From Naegleria gruberi (taxonomy: Eukaryota), in NCBI GenBank assembly GCA_000004985.1, contig GG738907.1: a stretch of DNA of 64,000 nt, one strand, 5' to 3'. A model generated the notes under the pieces. It saw only the letters and a program-made list of their open reading frames with translations, made no database searches and was not told where the DNA came from. Shown here in pieces: positions 1-11,753 of this stretch (within the stretch, counting starts at the first letter, position 1; each line of letters opens with the position of its first letter). The position numbers and the translations under genes were made by a program.

Positions 1-1714
1 AGACTTGTTACTGGACACTGATGATGGAGCTTGAGGAGTTGTGAAATTAGAGGAGCCAGTATCATCATCATCGTCGTCATCGTCCATTAAAAGTTGTCGC
101 TTATGTGGTTGACTTGGTTTTGGTGTCGATTTCACTGGGGGTTTCACTGTTTGGGTTGGTGGATTAAATGTGGACTTTTTAACTTTTGGTGGACTATCCA
201 ATTTCAAATCCTCATCTGAATCTACATCAAGATTTTCCAAACTGAGATCAAGTTGTGGGGTTGGTAGTTTTTGTTTTTGTACAATTCTCGAAGCTGACTG
301 AAAGTTTGAGCTGGTATTTACATTATTTACACTCGTAAAAGGAGTTGTCTTTTTAGGGATATTGGTTTGTGATTGAATGTTTGGTCTAGAATTTGATTTG
401 GTTTCTGGAATGGAAATCAGACCATCTTGGAAGTCATCGTCATCCATAAGAAGATCAATTTTTGGTTTGTTGGCTTGGTTGTGAGAAGCTGGCTTACTCA
501 TTGATTGTCCTCCTACAGCTCTGTTTGATGAAGCACTCACGGGAGGGTGCTGTTGTGCCTTAGGTACTTGAATCTCGTCCTCTTCCTCTAATATGTAATC
601 ACTTTCATTGTACGGCACCTCCTTTTCCTCTTCTTCAAATGATGGAGGTCTGTACAGGGCTCTAGTAGGCTTATTTTGATTATTTTCAAATTTACTCTTT
701 AGGAATGAAGCTGTTGAGGAGTGATTGGAAGTTTCCTTTTCAAACTCGAGTTCAGTAAAATCAAATGTTTCGTCATCCTCTTCGTCGTAGATCTGTGGAG
801 TGGATGATGCCCCTCTTGCATAACTAGGTTGTTGTTGTTGAGGTGGATTATATCTATTATTTAAATTAGTATTTTGATTGGCAAGGTTTGAAACTTTTTG
901 TTGGTTGACGACCTGCTTCGGAGTAGCTTGACTAGCACTCTTAAATGATGAAGTATTATTTGCTTGACCGTAACGACTAGTTGGTGTTGTTGTGGCAGAA
1001 TCATTCTTGAAGAATTTACTTGTTACAGCAGGTTTTGTTGATGGAATATCAACATCTCCAAAATCTATTTCACCATCCTCCAAGGAAAACTCATCATCCA
1101 AGTCTTGTTGTTGTTGAACAGCTCGTGCTGGAGGAAGCCTTGAAGTGTTAGTGGAAACAGCTGAAGGTTGTTGTTGTTGGAAAATTGGTGATGGAGTCAA
1201 TCTGGAAGGCTTTGGATTGCCTTCTTGTTGATTTCCCTGTTGTTGCTGGTCGCTACCATAATTCTTCTTCCATGAATCATAATTCTCCTTTAGAGGAGGC
1301 TTGAATTTCTTGACTGATGTAGTAGTAGTAGTTGTTCTGGTTATTGTTGGAGTGGTCCGAGAAGGCTGCTGAGAAGATTGGGAAGGCCTTGATTGTTGTG
1401 AGGTTGATGTTATTGATGATATATTACTATTATTATTATTGCTACTCGATGATGAAGCCTCTGATGATGATGAAATTTCGTCTTCAATTTGAATTTTCAG
1501 ACTCTTTGTTGTAAATTCCTCTCCATTCTCCACATTTGTTATGCCATCACAGTGAGACATGAAAGTTTGCTCCACCTTGTTATTCTTCTCATCGAGAATG
1601 ATCAATGATTTAGTATCCACATTGTACTTTAAAAATCCGTCCTTGTATGATGGAGCCTTCTTTCTCAATTGATTGGTGTAGAGAATTCGGAAGGTTTTAA
1701 TATTATTAGTATTA
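1..1714 (-). CDS. DUF2439 (ZGRF1/Mte1 N-terminal)-like domain protein. The ATG at 1714 and the N-terminal ~570 codons are in the window, and the ORF is still open at position 1, so the C-terminus lies beyond the window start.
   Basis: Reverse-strand translation from the ATG at 1714..1712 reads MSSNTNNIKTFRILYTNQLRKKAPSYKDGFLKYNVDTKSLIILDEKNNKVEQTFM. This matches the DUF2439 N-terminal signature (LYT.Q..KK...DG.LK, compare human ZGRF1 FIVLYTHQKMKKSKVWQDGILK). The rest is S/T/N/Q-rich low complexity with no stop down to position 1. The ORF is missing from the supplied track because it runs off the window edge. Confidence 0.6.
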
Positions 1715-1953
1715 GAAGACATTCACAGAGAGATCGGAACCTTCTGTTAATTCCGATTAATGATGATGATAGCTGAAGCCTTCTCAACTAAAAGATTTGA
1801 TGACTGGATAAGAGCAGAAAAACACAGCTTGAAATTTTTTGTTTTTTTTGTTTGTGGCAATTTTTATCGACTCTTCACTGGAATTTCGCAATACCAAAAA
1901 AACAAAGAAACTGGAGGCTTGATGGTGAATGAATTGACAAGTCTTTTAAAAAA

Positions 1954-3045
1954 ATGCATTGTTGTTTTGATTCAGTTGTCTCGTTGTGTGTATTGAGTTT
2001 TCTTCATCACAGAGACTGGCCAATCACAAAGCCTTTCCTAATTTCCTACACTTTCCGCAAGGTATTCAATTCCGATCGTTTCACCAGAGAATTTTTACAA
2101 AGACAATTGAAATTGGAGGATTGTGATAAATTGGAGGAGACAATTCACAACATGTACTACAAATTTAATTCATCAAATATTAAATGTTACAAAAGAGATC
2201 AAAACAAATACCAAATGATTACCAAGCCAGGTTCTTTGAGGGATGTTTTTCGAATTTATTTTATTTCATCTATTAATGGTGAAGAATCAATGCTCACTAA
2301 TAAGATTGACACTATTATCAAAGTGTTTAACAAGGAACGAAATGCCAAATTGTTGGATACGGTTGTAGAACTTGTCAAGGATGTCAAAAATAGTGTAGCT
2401 ACTTTAGATTCTTTTTATGACTTGACAGAGAATGAAGATACTCACAGTACTGTTTATTATTACTTTGGAGTTGATGAGATATCATCTGAAATCTTTCCAA
2501 GAATATTCAAGAAATTGAAAGGAGTTTATTTCCTCAATCAAGAAGAAACAGACATTTATGATTGTGCAGCATTTAACACATCAGTCGTAGTATTCACAAA
2601 TTCTGGCTATCCTCTACTTATTAAAACAGAATACACAACTAACACGGATACTTATAGAGGCCGTATTGTTGAGGAGGAAAATTGTTCAATTTATTCAGAT
2701 ATGATATTCACACACTCGAAACATTTCGATCAACGTGGAGATTTTCGTCCTGAATTTGAATGTAGCAGATCTAAATTATTGAAAAGTATTCAACCTTTGA
2801 TATTTAAAAAAGATAGTGCAATAACTTTGATGGATGAAGTTGAACATCCTGAAAACCAAGCGAAGGATGGCTTGATTTATGCATTCTTCCAATGTGCATT
2901 TGGAGTAAAGAAAAATTATTTTGCTCAAAATGTGAAGGATGATGATTGGGTACCTCTTTGCATAGTTAAAGATGGTAAATTCATTGAAAACCATGCAGAT
3001 AGTTCAGATGACGAATTTCCTTCCAAAAAAAGAAAATACAAGTAA
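1954..3045 (+). CDS. hypothetical protein. The true start may be an internal Met.
   Basis: A 363-codon ORF with A/T-third-position codon bias like its neighbours. It sits divergently from the gene starting at 1714, with a 240-bp AT-rich putative bidirectional promoter between them. I recognised no domain. The stop is at 3043..3045. Confidence 0.4.
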   Translation: MHCCFDSVVSLCVLSFLHHRDWPITKPFLISYTFRKVFNSDRFTREFLQRQLKLEDCDKLEETIHNMYYKFNSSNIKCYKRDQNKYQMITKPGSLRDVFRIYFISSINGEESMLTNKIDTIIKVFNKERNAKLLDTVVELVKDVKNSVATLDSFYDLTENEDTHSTVYYYFGVDEISSEIFPRIFKKLKGVYFLNQEETDIYDCAAFNTSVVVFTNSGYPLLIKTEYTTNTDTYRGRIVEEENCSIYSDMIFTHSKHFDQRGDFRPEFECSRSKLLKSIQPLIFKKDSAITLMDEVEHPENQAKDGLIYAFFQCAFGVKKNYFAQNVKDDDWVPLCIVKDGKFIENHADSSDDEFPSKKRKYK

Positions 3046-3141
3046 ACAACAAGTTGTTGTGGCAGAATGGCAAACAAACAAATCGAACAAATTTCGTTCA
3101 ACTCAGAAATCTTCCCAGTTGTTGTTTATTTTAAACCTAGC

Positions 3142-6100
3142 TTAAACAGAAGAAACAGTTACTTTCTTTCGATGTGTCAAAAACCATAATCTCAGTCCAA
3201 ATGCTATACATGCCACAAGTCCCATACCTCCAACTATTGGAATACTAATTAAGGCAAATAAGGCATACATGCTATTATCATTGGATTGTGAACAAATATT
3301 ACTTTTACATCCATCTCCACAATAATTAGCTTGGCACTGATCACAATTTGATCCAGTCCAATAACCATCTGCAGAATTGGCTTTACACTGACATATGTTT
3401 TGTGAAATGCAAAGTCCGTGACCTCCACAAACAGCAGAATTGGTTTTTGGAATTTCAAAACATGTCCAAGAATCTGAATTGCCTGGAGTTTTTGTGGAAT
3501 TTTGTGTTGTTGATTGAGTAGTATTATTTACAAGAGTGTTATTATTACTTGTCGTGGTAGTATTTACATTATTGCCTATAAGTGTATTATTATTTACAAT
3601 TGTGTTATTTGAAGAGTTAGTATTTGTAATATTATTATTTGTTATATTGTTTACAGTAGAATTATTATTCAATGACACAGTCTCATTTGTATTCATTGTT
3701 GTATTATTCGAATTATTGACAGTAGTGTTATTTGTAATAGTATTATTTGTAACGGTAGAATTTGAATTAAGTGTTGAGTTTGAAATAGCGTCATTGCTTA
3801 ATGTTCCATTATTGTTTGGAATTGAATTATTGGTATTGGAATTATTCATCTCTAGAGTGGTAGTATTTACAATAATTGAGCAATCCAATCCCTTCCATCC
3901 AAATTGACAATCACACTTATTTACAGTTGAACAGTTTCCATTTCCGGAACACACTGAACTATCATTGGCAAAAATGTTAAAGCAAGAAGGGATGGAACAA
4001 TCGAATCCAAACCATCCATTAAAGCATTGACAAGAATCAGTTGCTGTGCAATTACCATTTCCAGAACAAACTGAGCTCTCATTGCTTACAATTCCAAAAC
4101 AAGTGGACAATTCACAATTATTTCCATAAAAACCAGGATTACAAATGCAAGTATTTGGTGAATTACAAACTCCTCTTGATGAACAAACTTTTGAAGAATT
4201 TGAAATAATTCCAAAACATTTAGAGAATTCACAAAATTGACCACCGTATAAATCTCCACAATCACAAACATCAGGTGCAAAACAAACACCCAAGCCATTA
4301 CAGACATTTGGATTGTTGGCAAAGGTTCCATTGCATGTACGAAGTGTGGATATTACTCTTAGTCGACTATTGTCAGAGTCAATTACAATTATTTCACCAT
4401 TTCGTCTTAAAATTACTCCAGATGGATTATTGATTTTTGAAGCGGAGGCAGTGGTTCCATCTTCACTGTAACCCAAATCACCAGTTCCTGTAATGGTGGT
4501 GATATTACCATTAGAGAGAACTCTTCTAATTCTATTATTGTACGAATCTGCAATCAAGAGTTCATCACCGTCAATGGCAATTCCTTGTGGATATTTGAGT
4601 TGTGCATTTGTTGCTTCGATTCCATCACCGTTATAACCTAATGTGCCTGTTCCTGCAACAGTTATAATTGTTCCATTAGTAAACATCTTTCTTATTCTAT
4701 TGTTATAAGTATCTATTTGAATTAGTTCATCAATTGAAGATTCTTATTTCACTTACCTGCAATGTACATGTTATTACTTGAATCAAATGCGATAGATTGT
4801 GGATAATTCAGCTTGGTATTGTTCGGTAAGAGATAATCACCATTAAAACCAACAGAGCCTCCAATAACTGTGGAAATATTTCCACTTGGTAATATTAGTC
4901 TAATTCTATGATTATACGTATCTGTAATATAAACAAGATCATTTGAATCAACAGTTACTGAAACTGGGGAATTGAGTTTCGCATTTGTTGCTGGAATTCC
5001 ATCGCCATTGTAGCCACCTAATCCAACTCCAGCTATAGTAAGAATTGTACCATTTGTCAAAATTTTTCTAATTCTATTATTACCAGAATCTGGTAAAGTT
5101 TCAATACAAAAAATAATGGAAGATTACTTACCTGCAATATAAATATTACCAATGGAATCAAATGCAATTCCTGTTGGTTTGTTAACTTGAGCACTTGTTG
5201 CCAAAATTCCATCTCCATTATAACCAAAAGATCCAGTACCTGCAATGGTTGTGATGGTCCCATCCAAGTACGAAATCTTTCTAACTCTGTGATTGCTTGT
5301 ATCTGTGAAAATCATTGAAACCTTAATAAATTTCACACAATCAACTGAAAACTTACCAGCAATGTAAATATTTCCCAATGAATCCAATGCAGCACCTTTA
5401 GGTTTACTCAATGCGCTCAATCTAGAATCAACATTTTCACCACAATATGATGGAGAACCTTGTCCAGCTATTGTGGTAATAAATCCATTTGAAATCTTTC
5501 TAATTCTGTGATTTCCCTTATCAGCAATATATAAATCACTTGTGTTCTTGGCAAAATTCATCAATTCAGGAGAGGCAAGAGTTGCCAAATTGACCGTAGT
5601 ATTATCAGTAAAACCATACAAACTCGTTCCTGCAAATGTTGTAATGGTTCCATTGGTAGACACCTTTCTAATTCTATTAGAATCTGAAAAATAAACTTCG
5701 CCTAATGATGAAACTGCAACTCCATAAGGTGAATTAATTTTAGCTAAGGTTGCCAGGCCTCCATCTCCATAATAATCACCTGTTCCAGTACCGGCTATGG
5801 TTACAATAGTGCCATTCAATAATACTTTACGAATTCTGTTATTATTGGTGTCAGCAATATAAATATTGTCTTTCGTATCAACAGCAACACCAAAGGAAAG
5901 AAACAAAGTTGCACTCGTAGCTTTCATGTTATCTCCATTGTAACCTGTGAAAAAGTAATAAATTAAAAAACAGTTCCGTTAAAATACATACCTTGAGAAT
6001 TGCTTCCTGCCACTGTTATAATTGTTCCATTGTTGAACACTTGGCGAATTCTATTATTGTTCACGTCGGTAAAGAGTAATTCTTCCTTGCTATTTAATGT

Positions 6101-6616
6101 AAGGCCATAAGGATAATTAATAGCTGCATTTCTGGCCAATCCATTATCTCCAGAAAAGGAATCAACTCCAGTTCCGACAATGGTTATAATAGTACCATTG
6201 GTTAATATCTTTCTAATTCTATTGTTGCCATTATCACTGAACAACACCTCTCCCATAGAATTAACAACTACTGATACAGGATTTTTCAATTGAGCTCTAA
6301 TTGCTTCAATTCCATCTCCGTTATATCCTGAAAATCCAGTCCCTGCAATTGTTGTAATGGTGCCATTTGGAAATACTTGACGAATTCTGTGATTATTGCT
6401 ATCTGCAATGAAGAGTGAACCATCTGGACCCAATGCTGATGATGCAGGATTTGCCAAAGAAGCCTTAATTGCCAAGCCACCATCACAAACACCTCCACCT
6501 GCAATTGTTGTGATTCTTCTCAATGATGTAGTATTCTGTGCTTGAATTGTTGCAAGAGCGCTTGAAAGTAATAGGAAGACGCTGAGCCAGTAGAATGGAT
6601 TTTGAGTATTGTACAT
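3142..6616 (-). CDS. type-I membrane protein with a signal peptide, about 15 NHL repeats, an N/S/T-rich stalk, tenascin-type EGF repeats, a TM helix and a short tail. Five exons.
   Basis: The ATG at 6616..6614 encodes MYNTQNPFYWLSVFLLLSSALATIQA, a signal peptide. I inferred exons at 6616..5992, 5944..5357, 5302..5132, 5089..4757 and 4712..3142, each +/-1 nt. Introns are 40-54 nt of GTAAGT/GTATGT...AG type. Each junction restores the NHL consensus, for example IYIA-G|AT-DTYNNRIRK. NHL units repeat as NxIYIAD..NhRIRKv..nGtItTiAG. The EGF repeats read CxxxGxCxxxxxCxCxxGWxGxxCx. The TM helix is LFALISIPIVGGMGLVACIAFGLRLWFL. Confidence 0.75.
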
Positions 6617-7013
6617 GGTTTTGATGTCAACTGGGTTTTTTTCTTTTTGTTTTCCTGTTGCATATATGATTAATAAATGTTCTAGAGATGCAATGAAGTG
6701 TAAGAGCTCAAATTCTAGCTGCATCCAACCAAATTAAGCCCTTAATCATTTGATCTCTATTGGAATGATATATTTGGATTTCCATGGAGATCCTTGGGTT
6801 GTTGAGGAAGAGTTCAACACACAACTCGTCGAACAACATAAGAATCCAAAATTCCTTAGATATCCTACACTACACTCGATCTTATTAGAATTAATAAATA
6901 AATCTGTTGAGTTTCCACATGAGTTTCTCTAATTGTCAACAAATGTCATTGAATTACACAATCATTGCTAGACACATTCATATGATTTATTCAATTCCAA
7001 AACAACTTTGAAA

Positions 7014-7523
7014 TTAGACACTGCAAATAAAATTAGTGTCAACCCAACCAATAGAGCTTCCAACCAAAACCTTTGTAACATAAATTCCTTGTTCAGTATA
7101 AATTGGATCAGACAATACATAACCGAATTGACCTTGAACAAATGTGAAAGCAGGCTTTCCATAAAGCAATGGAGTTGAATACACATTCAATGAGCTTCCC
7201 TTACAAACAACTACTTTATCACCACCTCTAAACTCTGACTTGATTGCACACAAATTACTCAACAAGACATCTCCCTGAATGCCATAAACTGAAATTGGAA
7301 ACATGAGTTTTTCTCTGCCACAGAAGAAACTTTGACCAATAATTTCGACACGAGTGTTGGCTGGAAGGAGGAGTGTGTAATTGTTGAGATTGCATTTATC
7401 ATTGTTAATGATTGGTGCAAGTTCTTCTTTTGCTAAATTGCAAATTTCAACATAGATTGGCTTTCCAATAACTAGAAAACTCAATGCTAAGACGAAACAA
7501 GTGAATAGAATTGACTTGAACAT
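7014..7523 (-). CDS. small secreted cysteine-containing protein of 169 aa, hypothetical
   Basis: It has an ATG start and an N-terminal signal peptide (MFKSILFTCFVLALSFLVIG). It is a single ORF with 8 Cys and no TM segment. I recognised no domain. Confidence 0.45.
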   Translation of the reverse strand: MFKSILFTCFVLALSFLVIGKPIYVEICNLAKEELAPIINNDKCNLNNYTLLLPANTRVEIIGQSFFCGREKLMFPISVYGIQGDVLLSNLCAIKSEFRGGDKVVVCKGSSLNVYSTPLLYGKPAFTFVQGQFGYVLSDPIYTEQGIYVTKVLVGSSIGWVDTNFICSV

Positions 7524-8405
7524 TTTTTTTTCAATAGGAGTTTGAATCTAGTTGGATATTCGAATGTTTTATAGTTTTGGATTGAATGTTAAAGCAAATT
7601 CTTAATAATCTTCAAGTAACATTTATTTGAAAATCTTTGAATTGCTTTCATCCAATTTAGTTTGAATGTTACCGTGATTTTCACCGAAATGTCACTCTGA
7701 GTAGTTCAATTTTGATTCTACTAAAAGAAGAACATATGAAACACTTGAAATATGATTATATTCGAATCGTTTCACATGATTCTGCCCTCCAATAACATTA
7801 CGGTAAACTAATAACCTCAATGTTAATTTGAAACCAATCAGAAATTTATTTTTTACAACAAATATTATAAAGGTCAATAAGGAAACTTTATAAATTTTTG
7901 AGAATCAATACTACTAGTTTCGAATAGGTTCCGTTTGGAAATTTCTTGCACCTTTAGCAAGAGATAGCATTCGTCCTCAGCACAAACAAACATCACAACC
8001 CATCAAAAAAGTGTTTTCCCTCCATAAAAATAGAATTTACAGCTCTACCAAAAAAATTTGCAATCAAACTTTTCCTTGCCAACAACTTTCAATAGAAGAA
8101 GATAACCAAAATTGTTGTGTTGTGAGGCAAACCCTATATTCATCTATTCATCATCAAGAAGAAGAGAAGATTTATTCTGTAGTGTACCGTTCATTTGAAT
8201 TATTGTCTCTTGATTGTGATCATCATCAAGTCAACCCGGTTGTTCAAATCATCATTGTATAAAAAAACATCAAAACATCATTAGCATCATCATCAATATT
8301 ATTAACGTTAAACTTTTAAAAGAAACAAAATCATATAACAACAACAATAATAACAAATTTATAAATTTCTAAAGAGAAATCACAAGAAATAATAATAATA
8401 ACAAT

Positions 8406-9873
8406 ATGGGATTAGGAAGTTCAACGCATGCAGGAGAGGAATTTAGTGCTCCCAAGAGACAATCATCTGCTTCATCATCAACTCAGAAAAAGCCTGAAGA
8501 TGTTGTTTTGGAGAAGGTTTTAGCCAATTCGATTATTAAACAAAAACTTGGTAACAATATTCAACAAATGAAGATGTTTGCTCAGCAGTTGGCCTATCCA
8601 GAAGAATTGAAGGAATCGTATTTACACACTGATTGGGTACAAACAACAAAGTTGATATCAGACATTTCGACCAAAGTTAACGAAGATGTTTCTAATTTAA
8701 ATGATGGCAGCAGTAGCCAAGATTTGATTAGGAGAGGATCTCAATTACTTCAATCGACACAATCGGCCAATGATATGAAGATTATTGGCTCTTTTAATTC
8801 TACAATGAACTCACAAGAAGGAGATAATTTTAATAGCGAGCTTGCTAAACAGCCTCCTCTCCAATTGAAGGACAAGATTAGAATTAAATTATTAGTAACC
8901 GAAACTGCAAGAAATAATACTGATAGAACTATTAGACAATTGTTGTCGCCTGTACTGAATCAATTTAATGTTCTACCAGAGATGGGTATGTTCCATACTG
9001 CTCTTATTGTAGGTCCATGGAAATTGGAGGTATGTTCTAATTAACTGACATTTAACTAACATTTAATTTTCTAATTATGTTCTTCATGGTGGACAATGAA
9101 TATTAATCATCATCATCATTTAATAATAATAATAATATGAACTATAGTTTAATGATTCGGGTATTGTAGTACCTAGAAAAATCATGTCACAAGCAGCTGT
9201 AGTTACTGCTGATATTGATTATATTTCGACTGTTGACAGATTGGAACAAGTTATCGACAGTCTTGCTAAAGTAATTTGTAAATGGAACGTGACAATGTAT
9301 TATAAACAAACAGGTGGAGACAAGTCAAAATATGGAAATTGTCAAGATTTTGTGGATGACTGCATGGAAGCATTAGGAGTAAAATTAAACTTTGATGGAG
9401 CCTTGAAGAATTTCCTGACGCGTTTGAGAAAAACAGGAAATAGCAAACTTCAATTCGAAATGACCAGAGAATTTATTGAGACTTTTAATCTAGTTGAAAT
9501 TTATCCATCACTTCAGCGAGCTTTACAACAACACCAAGACAACTCGAGTAGTGGATCGAATAATTCTTCAGAGCAGGATGAAGATCCAGCTGGTGCTCTT
9601 ATTTTTAATACCCATAAGGAACTCGACAAGTTTGTTTGGATTTTGATGAATAAGGACTTTGAATTTCAAAATCATTACCCATGTGAATATCAACTTTTGA
9701 AATCATTTGATAGAGCTTTCTGGGTTAAGGCTATCACTTATCCAGACATGCAACAATTCCATCCACTCTATGAAGATGAGGAAAAGAATCAACCACCACC
9801 AAAGAATGAAGAAAGGAAACACAAGTGTCCTTTCGGAGATCCTTGTGCAGCATCATTCATTTATCTTCAATAA
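8406..9873 (+). CDS. LRAT/H-rev107 (NlpC/P60 papain-like) domain protein with an N-terminal MGxxxS myristoylation motif. Two exons.
   Basis: Exon 1 is 8406..9035 and ends ...HTALIVGPWKLE followed by a GTATGT donor. There is an in-frame acceptor at 9147 (exon 2 from 9148) or at 9168. The spliced product carries the LRAT-family His motif (FHTALIVG...GIVV) and the catalytic-Cys motif NCQDFVDDC (compare NCEHF). The domain therefore spans the two supplied ORFs, 8406..9044 and 9184..9873. The N-terminus is MGLGSS. Confidence 0.55.
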
Positions 9874-11630
9874 ATGTCACATTTTATTTCCAAATCACAA
9901 AAGAATCTCCTATCGATTCGAATATCTGAAATCGCCTCCTCCTTAATGTGGAAATAATTGGTAAAGTGTGCAACAGGTAACATTTCTGCTTTCATCAATT
10001 CAAAAGCATGATTATCAACCTTGGATGAGGTAAGGAAAGTTTTCACAACAAAGCAATCCTGATTCTTACGAAATGGTCTGAAAGAATACATGCTTCTCTT
10101 ATTGATTGTGAATTTTGGCATATTGAGTTTTTCCAATTCATTCCTAGTAAAGCCATTAATTTCTCCTCCATAATTAGTTAGGAAATGTCTTGGTTGTTGT
10201 TTCCTCTTCTTTGAAACGGCTGTGAATCCATCTTCTAGCATTTCTTCGCTTCTAGTCTTGTAAACTGTTGGCCTAGTTTCAGTAAGTGTCTTTTTGGATA
10301 GATCCATAATTAACCATTTGGAATTTTCAAACAATTCCAAGAGAGTAATCTCTTCTGTATTGGTTCCATTATTTGCCCTTTCTAAAAGAATCAAATATTT
10401 TGATTCTGTTAATTTACAAACTTCTCCAATTTTTAAACCTTCCAAGTGTTTTGTTAAGCTTTCCGAAAGAATTTCATCCTTTTCCAAAGTAAAAGCTGAT
10501 CCATTACTTCCAATAGAAAAAACATCAGAATTAGCAATCATGAACATGCCTTTGTGAGATGGTAATTCACAAGAAAGGAGCAGTTTCTTTGAGTTTTGAA
10601 GTAAACTAGGAAGAGGAAATAATCTCTTCTCAATTGTATCCAAATCGTACAATACCAACTGATTTTCATTGATTGTGAGAGTATTTGTAGACTTTCTATC
10701 TGGGAATATTCGATTCAAAGGAGTGAATTTACCAGAAATTAATTCAGATTCTCTTTCAAATGGTGAACTCTTTACATACTTTTCAACCAAAACTCGCGTG
10801 TTTGCAATTTCCAATCTATCCATAATTAATCTAAACTGTACATACATTCCTTCACTCAAGAATGTGAATTTCCCACTATTCACAATATGATTATCCTCAT
10901 TCTCAATTTTCACGTCATTTTCAAAAGTAAACATGTAATGATTCCTCCTGGAAAAATCACCTTCCAATTCCAAATACTTTTTCATCTTGCCATCGATTTC
11001 CAAATCCAAGAATATGAAATCCTCCAAATCACTCACAATCCTAAACTTTCTCATATTTATGAGTGCAATCTTGTATTGAGATATTCCCTGAGTGAAATAC
11101 TCTCCCTCCACACGTTCAGAATCATGATGAAACAAACCACTCGTGTCCTTCCTAATCATCACCAACATGAAAGCATTCGTCATTGCACTCTTAAACCCCT
11201 CAAATTCTCTCAATTCCACGCCATTCTCCTCTACAAAACTAAAGTGCGCAGCCATCATTTTACTCTTAAACAATTGTCTTCTCTTTTCCTTCCGAGCATC
11301 CTTAGCATTCATCGTTGTATTTACATTCTTATTATTTACATTATTTGATGATGATGAATTATTCCTTTTCAAAGCCTTTGATTTTGTATTATTATTATTA
11401 TTATTATTAATTTTAATATTATTATTATTCAAAGCCTTTGATGATGCGGAATTAATTGGCTTAAATGTTTCATGGCAAATCAAGCCTAAAGGAATGACCT
11501 CAGTGGAGGCGATGAAACTCTGTTGTGTTTCCTCTGGTTGATAATAGTAGTAATCATCGGTTTGGTAGAGATCGTTTTCATAGCCTAATAGACTGTTATA
11601 TTTGATCGGAATGATACGATCGGCCACCAT
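9867..11630 (-). CDS. hypothetical protein of 587 aa with a poly-N low-complexity N-terminal region
   Basis: A long ORF with an ATG start at 11630. The coding (ATT)n microsatellite and the duplicated ttcaaagcctttgat motif at 11375..11447 encode KALNNNN..NNNNNNN. I recognised no domain. Confidence 0.45.
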   Translation of the reverse strand: MVADRIIPIKYNSLLGYENDLYQTDDYYYYQPEETQQSFIASTEVIPLGLICHETFKPINSASSKALNNNNIKINNNNNNNTKSKALKRNNSSSSNNVNNKNVNTTMNAKDARKEKRRQLFKSKMMAAHFSFVEENGVELREFEGFKSAMTNAFMLVMIRKDTSGLFHHDSERVEGEYFTQGISQYKIALINMRKFRIVSDLEDFIFLDLEIDGKMKKYLELEGDFSRRNHYMFTFENDVKIENEDNHIVNSGKFTFLSEGMYVQFRLIMDRLEIANTRVLVEKYVKSSPFERESELISGKFTPLNRIFPDRKSTNTLTINENQLVLYDLDTIEKRLFPLPSLLQNSKKLLLSCELPSHKGMFMIANSDVFSIGSNGSAFTLEKDEILSESLTKHLEGLKIGEVCKLTESKYLILLERANNGTNTEEITLLELFENSKWLIMDLSKKTLTETRPTVYKTRSEEMLEDGFTAVSKKRKQQPRHFLTNYGGEINGFTRNELEKLNMPKFTINKRSMYSFRPFRKNQDCFVVKTFLTSSKVDNHAFELMKAEMLPVAHFTNYFHIKEEAISDIRIDRRFFCDLEIKCDIY

Positions 11631-11753
11631 GATGATCTTGTTTTGCTAATTTTTTTTTGTTAATTTTATATATAGAATTATTTTAAATACAGTTTACAAT
11701 AATATTTTGTAAACTTTGAACTCTAATTACCCTAAAAACATGTCCAAAAAAAA

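Noticed and set aside
3249-4331. Track ORFs 3249..3458(-), 3536..3907(+) and 4086..4331(-), which encode V/L/F-rich peptides
   Set aside because: They lie in alternative or antisense frames of the N/S/T-rich stalk and EGF region of the NHL/EGF gene. The low-complexity AT-rich coding sequence yields long spurious ORFs.
5100-5162. Apparent 1-nt disagreements between the printed sequence and the supplied ORF translations (aagttcaatac vs implied aagtttcaatac; tcaaaatgc vs implied tcaaatgc)
   Set aside because: Two compensating single-base differences within one printed line most likely reflect my character counting, not biology. Coordinates inside 5101-5160 should be taken as +/-1.
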